This document shows, piece after piece, positions 42,848-55,308 of a stretch of 64,000 nucleotides of DNA. The notes beneath the pieces are model-generated. The model was not told the DNA's origin. It saw only the letters and a program-made list of their open reading frames with translations, and did not search any database. Within the stretch, counting starts at the first letter, position 1, and every line of letters begins with the position of its first letter. This DNA is from Methanobacteriota archaeon (lineage in GTDB: Archaea; Methanobacteriota; Methanobacteria; Methanobacteriales; Methanobacteriaceae). Where the stretch lies: NCBI GenBank assembly GCA_963787255.1, contig CAWBCJ010000010.1:1-64000 (forward strand), written 5' to 3'. Made by a program: the position numbers and the translations under genes.

Positions 42848-43038
42848 GATAATCAGATAATATGTATTATATCATTCATTTCATAAGTTAATGTATAATA
42901 TAGGGTAGTATGGTAGATTTTTATTTTAATTGATAGTTCCATAAAAATTCAATTTATATCACTGTTTACCCACCAAAATTTATAGTAACTGGTTAATATC
43001 CAAGTTAAATGAAAACTAATACAGTGTTTAGGAAAATC

Positions 43039-43812
43039 TTAAGTTCCTATTATTATGTTCTCATTTAAGCTTTTTAACAGCTTAATTGCTGAATATGCAG
43101 CTAAAACACTTGTTTTAGGGTTCATGGAGCACCTAACATTTTTGGTGACAGTAGTAAATTCTCCAGAATCCCCTATAACATGAACTTCGTGCATGTTTCT
43201 ATCTACAGATGGATCTGCTATTATTTTAACATCAACATCCCTGCCGCATGCAAGGCTCAGCGCTGCAGCCACGTTAATGTTTGTTGGGAACTCTTTAACC
43301 GCATCAGATGCCTTTCCCTCATAGAGAATTGTTTCACCTTCTGCTAATATTCCCAGTGATTTAGGTGGTTTTCTTGTAATTAGAGAGGCTTCTCTTATTT
43401 TGCCTATAGAAGCTGCTTTAATCCCATCTAAACCCACAATAGCTCCTGAAGGGGCATATATTTTAGCCCCATTTGAAACTGCAATTTTTTCAAGGTTTTC
43501 TTTAAGTTCAAAATCCATCAAGGCGCCAATGCTCATTATCAAAACATTTTTGCTCCTTTTTAAAATTTGAGGAACGATTTCAGCAACAGCTTGAGGAGAT
43601 GCAGCTTCAATAACCAGATCTACTTTATCTAGCATGTCTTCAATTTCAAGGACGACAGTTCCATCAACTTGAAGCGCTAAATTTTCAGCCCGTTCAATGT
43701 CTCTATCATAGAAATATTTTAAATCTACACCTAATTTGCCTTCAACTGCAAAATTGGTCATTATGTTAGCTATAGCGCCGCATCCTATAATCCCAACTTT
43801 CATAAATTTCAC
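43039..43812 (-). CDS. nadX: L-aspartate dehydrogenase
   Basis: [29 protein letters not shown] and NPKTS motifs. Confidence 0.93.
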   Translation of the reverse strand: MKFMKVGIIGCGAIANIMTNFAVEGKLGVDLKYFYDRDIERAENLALQVDGTVVLEIEDMLDKVDLVIEAASPQAVAEIVPQILKRSKNVLIMSIGALMDFELKENLEKIAVSNGAKIYAPSGAIVGLDGIKAASIGKIREASLITRKPPKSLGILAEGETILYEGKASDAVKEFPTNINVAAALSLACGRDVDVKIIADPSVDRNMHEVHVIGDSGEFTTVTKNVRCSMNPKTSVLAAYSAIKLLKSLNENIIIGT

Positions 43813-44138
43813 TATGTTTGTACGGCTGGTGCAGGTGTAGTTGATACTTCTGGACTTATTAAAATGATATCTCCTACAGCTTGAACTCTGTCATAAGGTA
43901 TGTCTATAGTACCTTCTTCTTTTAGAGGCCTTATTTCGTCAGCTTCTGGAACAAAGCGCATGCTGGTTTTTATAACGTCTCTTATTCCAACGCTTCTTTT
44001 ATCTGGGGCCATTGCCCTTGCTTTAAGAACAGATACTCTTCCTTTTTTTATGTTTAATATAACGTCCTGGACTCTTCCAATATATTTTCCCCGTGTTGTA
44101 TACACATCTAAGTTATATAGGCTGGATAAATCGACCAT
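43812..44138 (-). CDS. PRC-barrel domain protein
   Basis: [15 protein letters not shown] and [15 protein letters not shown] motifs. Confidence 0.9.
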   Translation of the reverse strand: MVDLSSLYNLDVYTTRGKYIGRVQDVILNIKKGRVSVLKARAMAPDKRSVGIRDVIKTSMRFVPEADEIRPLKEEGTIDIPYDRVQAVGDIILISPEVSTTPAPAVQT

Positions 44139-44385
44139 TTTTTACCACCACATGTTTTAACATTTTTTATATAAATTTAAATTACTAAATAAGATTTAAA
44201 CTATTAATCTACTTAAATATTTCGAAAATTAGCTACTTATTTTGATAGATTTCACCTTAAACATATAATTTATAACAAATTCAAACTAATATTATCTTTA
44301 AAATATATTTTAAAAATTATGAGTGAATTATAGAATTTTACATTTATTATTTAGAAAAGTTCAATGAAATATAATAGGTGATTCA

Positions 44386-45108
44386 ATGTGGGATACAAGT
44401 AAAGATTACAGACTGTTAGTTGCAGAAAAGTCAGTAGACTTCTTTTTAAGGACATTAGACGGTGCTAATTTAAAGGGAAGATGGAATAAAAAGAATGTTG
44501 TACAGAATGCCAGAAATATGGTCCCTGAAATTCAATCATTGTATTATTCTTATGTTGAACCCGCAGATATGGCACAAATGCCTCAAATAACTTCTATTAA
44601 GAAAAAAGCAGCCGATATAATGGAAAATTTAGGCGGAAATGATTGGTATAAACATTTTTTAGATTTAGTAGGTAAAGATGAAAAAGCAAAATTAGAAGAA
44701 GCTATTGCTAAAATGAGATTCTTCTTAAACATTATTTTAAATATTGATAAAAGATTAGCTCTTGGACCGATAGATGACCCTATTGTGGCCATTGACATCA
44801 AGGTTGGTGAAATTGTAAGTGTTGCTGGTCATCCAAGCGCAGACAGTTTGCTTGTTTGCAACGTAAATATTAAAGAAAGGGCAATAACTGTTGTAACCAA
44901 TGATATTTCTGTTAAAGAGTCAAACAGGGTTGCAGTAGCCATGCTTCCACCTACAAGCTTCATGGGAATTACAAGCGAAGGAATGTTTTTGGGAGCAGGT
45001 GAAGGAGTTTTAAAAGATGTTCAAGGAGAAACTGGGGGTATGCCTAAAGGAATCCCTTTAGAAGCTCTAAATGAAGCTCGAAATTTTGTTGAAACATTTT
45101 TAAAATGA
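44386..45108 (+). CDS. tRNA-binding (Trbp111/EMAP OB-fold) domain protein
   Basis: [15 protein letters not shown] and FMGITSEGM motifs. Confidence 0.88.
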   Translation: MWDTSKDYRLLVAEKSVDFFLRTLDGANLKGRWNKKNVVQNARNMVPEIQSLYYSYVEPADMAQMPQITSIKKKAADIMENLGGNDWYKHFLDLVGKDEKAKLEEAIAKMRFFLNIILNIDKRLALGPIDDPIVAIDIKVGEIVSVAGHPSADSLLVCNVNIKERAITVVTNDISVKESNRVAVAMLPPTSFMGITSEGMFLGAGEGVLKDVQGETGGMPKGIPLEALNEARNFVETFLK

Positions 45109-45119
45109 AATAATAATTT

Positions 45120-45683
45120 TTATTTTTTCAAATTTTTACCAATATTCCATGCTTTTCCTACATTTTCACCAATGTTCCAGTAATTATTATCGGGCATAGT
45201 TAAAATTGCAGGGTTAATTTTCTTAATATCCGGCTTTCCATCAGTTAAATATTTTTCTTTAGTATAAGTGCTTATTATTTCGCCAATAAAAAGATCATTT
45301 GTAGGCATTTCGTAAATATCGTGCAGCTTACATTCCAGTGAAAGTGGACATTCTGCAATCATTGGAGCTGTTTCTAATTCACCGTAATAAGTCTTAAATA
45401 GTTCAGATTTGTCTTTTCGTCTATCAGAAACCAAACTGCAGTAATCGGTTTTTTCTATCATGTTTATACTTGGGAAATTCACGCTGAATGTTTTGTTTTC
45501 CCGGATAGCTTTGTTAGTGGGGTGATTTTTGTTTACAGCAGCAGTTAACATTGGTGGATTTGCATTTGCTCTCATTACTCATCCAAGAGCCATAAAATTA
45601 GCTTTATTTTCTACATTTGTTCCTAAAAGTGCAACTGGCATTGGATAAATTAATCCGTTATTTCATATGTTGATTTTTTCTAT
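45120..45683 (-). pseudogene. Flavin reductase / flavoredoxin family, disrupted 5' end
   Basis: Upstream frame reads IYPMPVALLGTNVENKANFMALG*VMRANA (TGA where Trp is expected); ATA at the expected start; C-part FSVNFP and APMIAECP intact. Confidence 0.75.
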
Positions 45684-45746
45684 ATTTTTCCCCTAATATT
45701 TTAATGAGATTTATTCCCTTTTACTAAATGCAACCAAAAAATGTCT

Positions 45747-47159
45747 TTAAATTGGATTTATCACGACTAGCTTTGTTTTTGTCATATCTTCTAAAGCATA
45801 TTTCACGCCTTCTTTTCCCATTCCGCTCATTTTACAGCCACCAAAGGGCATATTATCTGCACGGTAGGTTGATTGCTTATTTATTATCACCGAGCCGGCT
45901 TCTATCGATTTCGCTGCCTTTAAGGCTTTATTTATATCATTGGTAAATATTCCTGCCTGTAAACCGTAATTTGTATTGTTTGCCGCATCAATTGCTTCTT
46001 CAATTCCATCCACATTAATTAAAGGAGCTATAGGTCCAAAAGTTTCCTTCTGAACAATTTCCATGTTAGGATCAATGTTATTCAAAACAGTTGGGGTGTA
46101 AAATGTCCCTTTGCGTTTTCCACCGCATAATAATTTTGCCCCATCATTTATTGCAGAATTAACCTTTTTTTCGATAGTAACTGCTGCTCTTTCATCTATC
46201 AATGGACCTATGTCGGTTTCATCATTAAGAGGATCCCCCACTTTCAATTTAAGGGTTGCTTTAACAAATTTATCTGTAAATTCATCTGCAATTTTTTTAT
46301 CAAGAATTATACGCTTAACACCTATACATACTTGACCTGCATAAATATAAGAGCCTCTAACTGCTGCATCAACTCCTTTTTCAATGTCAGCATCATCAAG
46401 AATAATCAAAGGATCATTTCCACCAAGTTCAAGGGTTAATTTTTTCATTCCTGCATTTTTTGATATATTTAGACCTGTTTCAACACTACCGGTGAATGAA
46501 ATCTTATCAACGCCTTCATTTCTTACTATTTCATCTCCTACTTCTTTTCCAAATCCAGTTACAGTGTTAATAACTCCAGGATCAAGATACATGTTCATTA
46601 ATTCAGCAAGCTTAAGTGCCGCAAGTGGGGCCTGGATCGATGGTTTTAAAACTACCGCATTTTTCGCGGCAATTGCCGGCATTATCTTATGTATAACCAG
46701 ATTTAACGGATAATTAAAGGGAGTAATTGCCCCAATAACCCCAAGAGGTATTCTGGAAGTGAATCCTACCAGATTTTCCCCACCGATGCAGGCATCTAAA
46801 GGTATTGTTTCACCGTAAATTCTTTTTGATTCCTCTGCAGAAAGTAACGTGGTCTGTATGGAACGCTTTACTTCTTCTTTTGATTCTTTAATGGGTTTAC
46901 CACAGTCAATAGTAATCAATTTAGCAAAAATCTTTGAATTTTTCTTTATTTCTCCACATATTTCATATAAATTCTCGGATGTTTCTCGAGATGAAACATT
47001 TTTCAGGATTTTTGCAGCATTAATTGCGGCTTCAATAGCATTTTTTGCATCTTCACGATTTCCATGGGGTACTGTGTCTATAATTTTATTATTAAATGGA
47101 TTAATAATGTCTATTTGAGCAGGTTTTTCTATTAATTTCCCATTTATTAACATATCCAC
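45747..47159 (-). CDS. NAD-dependent aldehyde dehydrogenase (methanogen lactaldehyde dehydrogenase type)
   Basis: [28 protein letters not shown] and PFGG.K.SG motifs. Confidence 0.9.
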   Translation of the reverse strand: MDMLINGKLIEKPAQIDIINPFNNKIIDTVPHGNREDAKNAIEAAINAAKILKNVSSRETSENLYEICGEIKKNSKIFAKLITIDCGKPIKESKEEVKRSIQTTLLSAEESKRIYGETIPLDACIGGENLVGFTSRIPLGVIGAITPFNYPLNLVIHKIMPAIAAKNAVVLKPSIQAPLAALKLAELMNMYLDPGVINTVTGFGKEVGDEIVRNEGVDKISFTGSVETGLNISKNAGMKKLTLELGGNDPLIILDDADIEKGVDAAVRGSYIYAGQVCIGVKRIILDKKIADEFTDKFVKATLKLKVGDPLNDETDIGPLIDERAAVTIEKKVNSAINDGAKLLCGGKRKGTFYTPTVLNNIDPNMEIVQKETFGPIAPLINVDGIEEAIDAANNTNYGLQAGIFTNDINKALKAAKSIEAGSVIINKQSTYRADNMPFGGCKMSGMGKEGVKYALEDMTKTKLVVINPI

Positions 47160-47218
47160 ATTTTATACCTCCATTTAAGTGGAAAGAAAATTAAAGTAAA
47201 AAAGTTTTAAAATTAAAA

Positions 47219-47425
47219 TCAGTTAAATTTGTTCTTCAGCTCTTCAAGGCTATTTGTAACGTTCTGCACATCAGTATTGTTAATTTCTTCTCCAAGTCCG
47301 ACGAGGTAATTTTTATAAAAAATTGCTGCAACAATAGCAATTACGATAATACCTCCCAAAATCAATACAAGCTCAGCGGAGCCCTGTCCTTTATCCTCTT
47401 TTAATATTTGCATTTTTAACACCAA
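47219..47425 (-). CDS. Class III signal peptide pilin-like protein
   Basis: KG/QGSAE cleavage motif followed by a hydrophobic helix. Confidence 0.85.
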   Translation of the reverse strand: MVLKMQILKEDKGQGSAELVLILGGIIVIAIVAAIFYKNYLVGLGEEINNTDVQNVTNSLEELKNKFN

Positions 47426-48361
47426 CTAGAATGATCCCATCATGAATATTGCGAATGTTTTTATCACATAAAATATTAGATAAGCTACTGGAGCAAGTAC
47501 AAGAGCAAATTTAACACCTTTTCTTGCACTACCATGTAATACTATTCCGATTAATAATCCTGCTATTATTGAATGAATAATTATATATCCACCTGCAGCT
47601 GTAACTGATGCTGCAAGAAGAGGATTTGGTTTACCTAAAGATTCAATGAATATAGAATATGTCATTATCATTCCCAATGCAAATGGGGCAGCTATAATTG
47701 CTGCAATGATTAAGAACATCACTGACATCATTACATTAGCTTTTCGTTCTCGTTTTAAAGCGAGAACCGCTCTTAAATCTTCAGCTACTGTTTCAATTAC
47801 GTCAGATAAGCTACCACCAGTTCTTCTACCTTCAAGTATCATTCTAAATGTCCGATCTAAGTTTTTAGACTTTAAACGCTCGCTCATTGCCATAATAGCA
47901 TCGTCAAATGTACTTCCAATTTTAATTTCAATTACTGCCCTTTTCAACTCGTCATTTAAAGGACCTCTTCCGTGCTTGGAAACGTCTTCAAGGGCAGTTT
48001 CAAGACCCACACCAGCTCGAATTAAGGATGCGATTTGCCTTAAAAAATCAGGAGTGGTTTTTTCAATAGCATCAACTCTTCTTTCCATCATAAAGAAGAT
48101 ATAAACTCCAATAAATCCATTAGGTACTATAAAACCAACTATTATCCCTAAAATTGGATTAATACCAATAATTACTGATAAAACAAATGCAAGCAGGCCT
48201 AATACAATGCCAGTTAAAAGTCCCAATGTTATTAAATCAGAAGCTTTTACATACATCCCGCTTCTTATCAGGGTTTCCTGTATTTTAATAATATATTTTT
48301 CAGGAACCACTTTATCTATGGTGTTGGATACTGGTGATAGAACACTGGGTATTATTGCCAT
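47426..48361 (-). CDS. Type II/IV secretion F-family (TadC-like) membrane platform protein
   Basis: [25 protein letters not shown] and GGSLSDV motifs. Confidence 0.9.
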   Translation of the reverse strand: MAIIPSVLSPVSNTIDKVVPEKYIIKIQETLIRSGMYVKASDLITLGLLTGIVLGLLAFVLSVIIGINPILGIIVGFIVPNGFIGVYIFFMMERRVDAIEKTTPDFLRQIASLIRAGVGLETALEDVSKHGRGPLNDELKRAVIEIKIGSTFDDAIMAMSERLKSKNLDRTFRMILEGRRTGGSLSDVIETVAEDLRAVLALKRERKANVMMSVMFLIIAAIIAAPFALGMIMTYSIFIESLGKPNPLLAASVTAAGGYIIIHSIIAGLLIGIVLHGSARKGVKFALVLAPVAYLIFYVIKTFAIFMMGSF

Positions 48362-48513
48362 TTTTTCACCTTAATTATATTCTATTTATCTATATAATTA
48401 TCTATTATAAAACATATGCTAATTTTTATTATAGGGGAGTTAATAATACAGAATTTAAAGTGAAAACTGAACTTTTAAAATATTTAATGAATTTTATTCA
48501 GCTTCTAAATTTT

Positions 48514-49528
48514 TCACATGCTTATCTTCGTTTCAATCTTATTTAAAACATTTCCTTTATTTGTTATATGAACCATATCCTCTATTCTTACGCCAAATTC
48601 ATTTTCAAGGTAAATGCCCGGCTCTATAGTTATAATCATACCTTTATTAAGCTTTGTTGATTCACGTTTAGATAAGGATGGCCCTTCGTGAACTTCAAGA
48701 CCTACACCATGGCCGGTTGAATGAATGAATGATTCTCCATATCCATATTCTTCAATAACATCCCTTGCAACTTTATCAATATAAGATGCTTTCACACCGG
48801 GTTTTACAGCATCAACCGCACTTTTTTGAGCTTCAAGAACAATGTCAAATATTTCTTCATGTTTTTCAGTTTCAATAATTGTTCTCGTGGTGTCAGAGCA
48901 ATAATTGTTGTATTTTGCACCCCAATCAATTACTACTGGCATTTCTAGAGATTTGGAGGTTGGATTGGCGTGAGGAAGTGAAGAATCGGGTACCTGAAGC
49001 TACAATAGTATCGAAAGCAGCTTTATTTGATCCATGTAACCTCATATTGTATTCTATTTCTGCCGCAATTTCATTTTCATTTTTTTTATCAAAATCAATA
49101 CCTTTCAGGGACTTTTCAGCAATTCTAAGCGCTTTTATAATATTTTCCAATTCAAAGCTGTTTTTTACCTGCCGCATTTCTTCAATAATTCGTGTAATTT
49201 TAAAGTCAAAGGAAGAATCTTTTTTTAATCTTTCAAAGGTTCCCATATTCATTGAACTTTCAATTCCCACTCTACCTTTCATTAATTTCTTTATTTCATC
49301 TAAAGATTTGAATTCTTCAACATTAATTTTTGAATTTAAATTTGCATCTTCCATATCCATTTTTGAAGTGAAAAGTACTGGTTCATCTTTTATTACTAAA
49401 ACTGAAGAGCTAGATGGCTTAAAACCGGCCAAATAAGTAATATTATATGGATTTAATATTAAAAGAGTGTCTAAATCTTCTTCATGTATTTTATCAAGTA
49501 TTTTCATAAATATTTCCTCAGAAATCAT
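48514..49528 (-). CDS. M24 Xaa-Pro aminopeptidase (one-base insertion near 48985)
   Basis: N-half 48926..49528 and C-half with [30 protein letters not shown] and GVRIED. Removing one T restores GTRSSLPHA. Confidence 0.9.
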
Positions 49529-49977
49529 AAATTTTCTTTAATCTTTTCTATAATCTTTTTCATGACATTTTCAGGTATTTTACGTTCTACAGGCTGTGGA
49601 ATGTATCCAAAATCAGGATCTTCAAATTCTAAACCTTCAAATTTTGTTATATAGTTATAACGTGGTATGAAATGCCAGTGAACTTCGGGATTAGGAGGAT
49701 TAACGCGATATGCTGAGTTCATAAAACAGCTCCAATTAAATAAGGTGGGATTGAATGTTTTTTTTAGGTTTGTTTCTAATTTATCTACAATTTCTGTAAA
49801 ATCAATCCATTCTGATGGTTTTAATTCATTTAAATCACTGCAATGCCTCTTAAGCACTACAACACACGTTCCAAGGTATCTCTGACTTGGAGCAAGATAT
49901 ATCTGCCAGTATTCAGTTTCTTGAATTAAATTTCCATATGCGCCGGGTATTTGACAGTATTCACATTTAAATTCCAT
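49525..49977 (-). CDS. HIT family protein
   Basis: C..C N-terminus and [10 protein letters not shown]; probable start MEFKCEYC. Confidence 0.85.
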   Translation of the reverse strand: MEFKCEYCQIPGAYGNLIQETEYWQIYLAPSQRYLGTCVVVLKRHCSDLNELKPSEWIDFTEIVDKLETNLKKTFNPTLFNWSCFMNSAYRVNPPNPEVHWHFIPRYNYITKFEGLEFEDPDFGYIPQPVERKIPENVMKKIIEKIKENL

Positions 49978-50326
49978 TTTTTTTAACCCATATAATTTTA
50001 TAAACAATATTATTGCATGTAATATGGTTAAAATTTATTGAACTTCTTGAATTATTAGGTTTCTAATTATAAACATTGATTAAAATGGATAAATTTTTTT
50101 TGATACAAATTGAGGAGCAAGTAGATTATTATGCTAATGGAATATATTTAAAATAAATTTATGAAAAATTAAATTACTTCACTTTTTTAATAAAATAACA
50201 TATTTTTAATGATATTATTTGTTTTAAAGGAATATTTTAATTTATTTATGATTTTAAGCTTTATATAATAATTTTATGGCTTATAATTAGAAAGTATTTT
50301 ATACATTAAATCACATTTGGTATATT

Positions 50327-50923
50327 ATGGTAAAATTTACAGCAAAAGAAATCAGAGATATAATAATCTCAATGGCGGTTATATCGTTTGTTTTTGCTTA
50401 TATATTTGCAGGCCGTAATTTAAACAGCACAATTCTTTTTATACCCATTACATTTGTGGTGGTTGGATTAGGTTTCGTATTACACGAACTTGCCCATAAA
50501 TACGTAGCTATAAGATATGGATACTGGGCAGAATATAAAATGTGGATAGGTGGCTTACTTTTTGCTTTAGTAACTGCATTTGCAGTTGGATTTGTATTTG
50601 TAGCACCAGGTGCAGTTTATATCCACGGTAATTATATTAAAAATAGTGAAAATGGTAAAATATCCCTTGCAGGGCCTGCGACAAATATTATATTAGCATT
50701 GCTCTTCTTATCAATACCAATGTTCTTCCCAAACAGTTTATTAGTAGGTATAGGTATTCTTGGAGCAACTGTAAACAGTTTTTTAGCGTTTTTCAATTTA
50801 ATACCATTCAGCATGCTGGACGGAGCTAAAATTTTCAGATGGAATCCTGTAATATGGATTGCTATAATGGGAATTGCAGTATTGTTATTAGCTTATACCA
50901 TGTTTGGAATTAAAATAATTTAA
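50327..50923 (+). CDS. Site-2 (M50) membrane metalloprotease
   Basis: HELAH, AGP.TN and FNLIP...LDG motifs. Confidence 0.92.
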   Translation: MVKFTAKEIRDIIISMAVISFVFAYIFAGRNLNSTILFIPITFVVVGLGFVLHELAHKYVAIRYGYWAEYKMWIGGLLFALVTAFAVGFVFVAPGAVYIHGNYIKNSENGKISLAGPATNIILALLFLSIPMFFPNSLLVGIGILGATVNSFLAFFNLIPFSMLDGAKIFRWNPVIWIAIMGIAVLLLAYTMFGIKII

Positions 50924-50973
50924 TTTACACGCAAAAATAAAAAAAATAAGAATGACTAATTTCAGGTGATTCA

Positions 50974-52185
50974 ATGTTATCAGAAGTCCCGGTAAGATAC
51001 TTTGGCTGCACTCACAGGGCAATTTCTCCAGAAGAAACTATAAAGAAAGTTAAGGACAAATTGAAAGCTGCAGGAGTCACAAGAATCGCTGAAATAACCC
51101 ATCTTGATAGGGTGGGAATACCAGTTTACTCTGCAATAAGGCCATCTGCTGCAGAAGGTGCAGTGAGCATTTATGCTGGAAAAGGTGCCACTAAAGACCA
51201 GGCAAAAGCATCTGCCATGATGGAAGCATTTGAAAGATATTCAGCAGAACCGCAAGAATCTGAAATAGAAAATAATTTGGTATGTGGTCTTTATGATGAA
51301 ATAGAAGGATGTATTAATCCTGAATCTCTTATTCTACCTAATTTATCATTTGATCCAAGGAAAAAGGAATTGAATTGGATAAAAACTGTAAACATCCGGG
51401 ACGATAATGAATATTTAACACCTGCAGACGCGGTTTTTCACCCATATAATTTCAAAAACAGTGTTAATTTATTCAAATCAAATACTAATGGGCTTGCATC
51501 GGGAAATAAAGTGGAAGAAGCTATATTCCATGGCATGACTGAAGTTATTGAAAGAGATGCATGGAGCTTATTTGAGATAAAGCGAAATAAAGCACCAGAG
51601 ATAAACCTAAAAAATATTGAAAATCCTTTAATAATTGAAATTGTGAATAAATTCGAAGGAGCAGGAATTAATATTAAGGTTGTGGATTTAACATCTGATG
51701 TTGAAGTAGCTACAATTGCAGCTGTTTCAGACGACACTGTTTTAAAAGACCCAGCATTGCTGACTTTAGGTGTTGGAACTCATTTGGATCCTGAAATAGC
51801 GGTATTAAGGGCTTTAACTGAAGTTGCTCAAAGCAGGGCGACCCAGATTCATGGAACAAGGGAAGACACAACTCGTGCAGTTTTTATGAGAAAAGCTGGT
51901 TACGAAAGGATGAAACGGATAAACAAACATTGGTTTGGTGAATCTGAAGATATTATAGAATTAGATGAAATTAAAAATAGGTCGGGAAAATCTTTTAAAG
52001 AAGATATAGAAACTTCAATGAAGTTATTAAAAAAAGCAGGTTTTGAAGACGTTCTATTTGTGGATCTCACAAAGCCAGAAATAGAAATACCTGTAGTAAG
52101 GGTTATTATTCCAGGAATGGAAGTTTATTCAGTAGATAGGGACAGGGTTGGGAAAAGACTTGTCAAACACTCAAAATCGCATTAA
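50974..52185 (+). CDS. ycaO: YcaO-family protein (McrA thioglycine-forming type)
   Basis: [50 protein letters not shown] and PVVRVIIPG motifs. Confidence 0.92.
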   Translation: MLSEVPVRYFGCTHRAISPEETIKKVKDKLKAAGVTRIAEITHLDRVGIPVYSAIRPSAAEGAVSIYAGKGATKDQAKASAMMEAFERYSAEPQESEIENNLVCGLYDEIEGCINPESLILPNLSFDPRKKELNWIKTVNIRDDNEYLTPADAVFHPYNFKNSVNLFKSNTNGLASGNKVEEAIFHGMTEVIERDAWSLFEIKRNKAPEINLKNIENPLIIEIVNKFEGAGINIKVVDLTSDVEVATIAAVSDDTVLKDPALLTLGVGTHLDPEIAVLRALTEVAQSRATQIHGTREDTTRAVFMRKAGYERMKRINKHWFGESEDIIELDEIKNRSGKSFKEDIETSMKLLKKAGFEDVLFVDLTKPEIEIPVVRVIIPGMEVYSVDRDRVGKRLVKHSKSH

Positions 52186-53107
52186 GAAAATACTGCGCTG
52201 GACATTAGCAGTTTTAACTGTGATTATTATTATTTCAGGGCTTGGAATTAATTATTACACTACAATTGAGTATCTTACCTTTGGATTATTATCTAAAAAT
52301 TTGGCATTTCAGCTTCACTTCTGGATTTTTATTCCTTTTTTAATACTATTTTTGATTCATATCTTCATTAAACCTATTTTGAGGTTTTTAGAAAATGAAA
52401 AAATTAAAAACAAGTTAATAGTACTTCAATTGCGATTAAAAGAAAATATTACTGTTATTTTTATTATTATTGTTCTTCTTGGAATTTCTGTTTACCTTCT
52501 TGCGGGTCAATTTGGCCCATCAGAACCTATTAAGCTAGATAATGTAGAAGTAAAGGAATATAAAGGACAGAAATTATCTTCTGTAAATGATTTTAGGGAA
52601 AATTCAATAAAAGGACCCCAATACATTAATATAACTAATTACCGGCTTGAAGTCACAGGATTGGTGACTAATCCTAAAAATTATACCTATGACGAGGTTA
52701 TTCGAAACCATCAAAACTATGAAAAGGTTGTTAAACTGGACTGTGTTGAAGGATGGGACGTAACTATTCTCTGGGAAGGAGTGCTTGTAAAAGATCTTAT
52801 AAGAGAAACAATTCCATCTTCAAATGCAAATACTGTTATATTATATGCTTATGATGGATATTCAACTTCTTTTCCATTGGATTACATTGAAAATAACAAT
52901 ATTTTAATGGCTTATAAAATGAACAACGCCACAATTCCGCCAGAGCGAGGTTTTCCATTTCAACTGGTAGCTGAGAGTAAATGGGGTTATAAATGGGTTA
53001 AGTGGATAACAAAGGTTGAATTATCTGATGATCCTAATTATCAGGGTTACTGGGAAAGTAGAGGATATTCTAATTCAGGGAATCTGAATGAAAGCTTTTT
53101 GAAATGA
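52148..53107 (+). CDS. Molybdopterin-dependent oxidoreductase (sulfite oxidase/MsrP-like) fused to an N-terminal His-containing membrane domain
   Basis: LDCVEGW, W.GV, GYSTS, GFPFQLV, GYKWVKW and GYWE.RGY motifs; N-terminal TMs with LHFW...LIH. Confidence 0.88.
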   Translation: MGKDLSNTQNRIKKILRWTLAVLTVIIIISGLGINYYTTIEYLTFGLLSKNLAFQLHFWIFIPFLILFLIHIFIKPILRFLENEKIKNKLIVLQLRLKENITVIFIIIVLLGISVYLLAGQFGPSEPIKLDNVEVKEYKGQKLSSVNDFRENSIKGPQYINITNYRLEVTGLVTNPKNYTYDEVIRNHQNYEKVVKLDCVEGWDVTILWEGVLVKDLIRETIPSSNANTVILYAYDGYSTSFPLDYIENNNILMAYKMNNATIPPERGFPFQLVAESKWGYKWVKWITKVELSDDPNYQGYWESRGYSNSGNLNESFLK

Positions 53108-53111
53108 TTTT

Positions 53112-53543
53112 CTAAAAGTTAACATTAATTATTTCTTTGAATCGCTTAAAATGAACGTGAATATGCAAGATAGTTGTGATTGCCAGTATTATGCCTGCTT
53201 CAACGTGCCAAAAGAGTAAATTAAAATCAAATGGAAGAATAAGATTAAAATCAGCCAATAGTGACAATATCACTCCAGCAATGCCCACAAATAAAAAGCT
53301 ACCAACTAACACTAAACTCCATATTTGTTTAAAAGTGCGCCTTTTTATGTTTTTATTATCATATAGAAGGTAAGTTATGAGATAAAACATGAATAAAGCT
53401 AATATAATTGGTAAAATATTATAATCAGGATTATAGCCTTCAGCTACACTGGATGATGGTTCTTCATTTCCCTGATCCTGAGCATAAACGGTGATTGGAG
53501 TTAAAAAGGTAATAATAAGTACAATTATTAATATTTTCCTCAT
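53112..53543 (-). CDS. Signal peptide + 3-TM His-rich (DUF4405-like) membrane protein
   Basis: MRKILIIVL...VYA signal; DYNILPI, IWS and FWHVEAGI...LHIHVH motifs. Confidence 0.75.
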   Translation of the reverse strand: MRKILIIVLIITFLTPITVYAQDQGNEEPSSSVAEGYNPDYNILPIILALFMFYLITYLLYDNKNIKRRTFKQIWSLVLVGSFLFVGIAGVILSLLADFNLILPFDFNLLFWHVEAGIILAITTILHIHVHFKRFKEIINVNF

Positions 53544-53547
53544 TTTA

Positions 53548-53868
53548 TCACGCTAAAGGTCTTAAAGTTATTTTTTTAAAGGGTTTCCTGTAGATGTATA
53601 TATGAATCAGTGCAATTGGAACTAAAGCTATACCAAACTCAACATGCCAGAAAAGCACGGTAGAAGATAGAGGGGTGCTTATACTGTATTCTATTAGAAC
53701 TGTGAGAAGAAGTGATAAAGTTACTGTGATTATACAACTTATTAAAATTATTATGTTCCATATTTTCATATGAACTGCTTTATTGGTCACATTTTCTTTA
53801 TAAAGCACGTATGTTATTAAATATAAGAATATAACAGTCAATGAAATTGGAATGAATTCATATGGCAT
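53548..53868 (-). CDS. Small 3-TM His-rich (DUF4405-like) membrane protein
   Basis: YEFIPI, VHMKIWN and FWHVEFGI...LIHIY motifs. Confidence 0.75.
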   Translation of the reverse strand: MPYEFIPISLTVIFLYLITYVLYKENVTNKAVHMKIWNIIILISCIITVTLSLLLTVLIEYSISTPLSSTVLFWHVEFGIALVPIALIHIYIYRKPFKKITLRPLA

Positions 53869-54223
53869 TATAATACATATAATATGAGCATATATATTAA
53901 TCTTTAATTGGAAGGAATTTCATTATTTTTTGTTACTTGTTTCTATTTTCTGATAGACTGATCTTTATTATTGGATTTTTTTAATTATTATTTTTCTTTT
54001 GCTTGAAGGTTATCGAAATTTTTTTTGAGGAAGATGAGAATTAATATCAAAATATTAACAAAAAAGAATCATTAAATTCTTTTTAAATAGTCATCTAATG
54101 TCTAAATTGGAATTTAATAAACTTATAAAATTAATTCTTACGTTAATATCAAATTGAATAATTTAATTAACTATATATGCATCTGGCTTATAATAATACC
54201 GTTAAATCTAAATGGGGGATAAA

Positions 54224-54792
54224 ATGAAAAAATATGCATTATTTATAATAGCTATTTTAGCTTTAGTAGTTTTTGCATCTGGTTGTACAAGTTCAAGTAA
54301 TCAAATCTCAACTCAACCAACAGTAGCAACAAAAGCCTATTCTGGAAACGGAGTTTCATTCAGTTATCCTGAAAAATGGGAGCAGCTTCAGCAAAGTAAG
54401 TTAACCAAACGCAGTAGTAGCATTTGGAGATCCTAGATTCGGTGGATAACTCAACAGGAAATGTGAACACACTTGTTGTTGTTCAAAAAGTTGCAATGCC
54501 TTCAGGATCTACTCTTAAAACAAGTGTATGATTCTACATATCAACAATTTGCTCAGCAAGATTCAAGCTTTAAAACAATTTCTGACACCACAACAACAGT
54601 TGATGGTGACCACTGCTTACGTGAATACACATACAGTAAACGTTGATGGAGTTCAAAAACAGGAAAAAGCAGTATGGCTTGAGAAAAACGGTAATATTTA
54701 TGTTATACTCTGTGGTGCATTACCAAGCGTACTTTGAATAGTGAACAGGCTAATTTTATATGCGATAATAAATACTTTCAAAGTACAGTAAT
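54224..54792 (+). pseudogene. PsbP-like lipoprotein, multiply frameshifted
   Basis: Lipobox-like [13 protein letters not shown] and KNGNIYVILC pieces spread over several frames, ending IINTFKVQ*. Confidence 0.7.
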
Positions 54793-54941
54793 TATATTAT
54801 TTTTCATTTTTTCTTTTTTAAATAATTGAAAAACATTTATTTTATATCCATAGACAATATAAAATATAATAATCTAGTTTAATTATCTTTTTATATTATT
54901 AAAATCATTTCAAATGCTTATTTCTCATTCAAGGTGAAAAT

Positions 54942-55280
54942 ATGAAACAGGTCATGATCATAAGAACAGATCTAAACATGGGTAAAGGAAAAATGGCCGC
55001 TCAAGCATGCCATGCCAGTTTAGGTGCTTATAAAAAAGCTGATGATAAAAAAATTAAAAAATGGGAATCAGAAGGCGAGAAAAAGGTTGTTGTTAAAGTT
55101 AAAGATTTAAGAGATCTTTATGAAATATATGAAATTGTAAAAAGTACTGATATTCCAATATATCTTGTACAGGATGCTGGTCGGACTGAGCTACCGAAAG
55201 GCACTGTAACTTGTCTTGGAATAGGTCCTGATGATGATGAAAAAATAGATAAAATAACTAATGAATTGAAATTGCTATAA
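54942..55280 (+). CDS. pth2: Peptidyl-tRNA hydrolase Pth2
   Basis: KQV...[23 protein letters not shown] and LGIGP motifs. Confidence 0.96.
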   Translation: MKQVMIIRTDLNMGKGKMAAQACHASLGAYKKADDKKIKKWESEGEKKVVVKVKDLRDLYEIYEIVKSTDIPIYLVQDAGRTELPKGTVTCLGIGPDDDEKIDKITNELKLL

Positions 55281-55308
55281 ATTCAAACTAATCCTGTTAA
55301 GTGGTTAA

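Noticed and set aside
45560-45600. In-frame TGA in the flavin reductase as selenocysteine recoding
   Set aside because: It falls at an expected Trp rather than Cys, and the gene's start is also damaged; a pseudogene or sequencing error is more likely.
3429-52185. SagB + YcaO RiPP (azole) biosynthetic cluster
   Set aside because: The genes are about 47 kb apart, no precursor peptide is evident, and the YcaO is of the methanogen MCR-modifying type.
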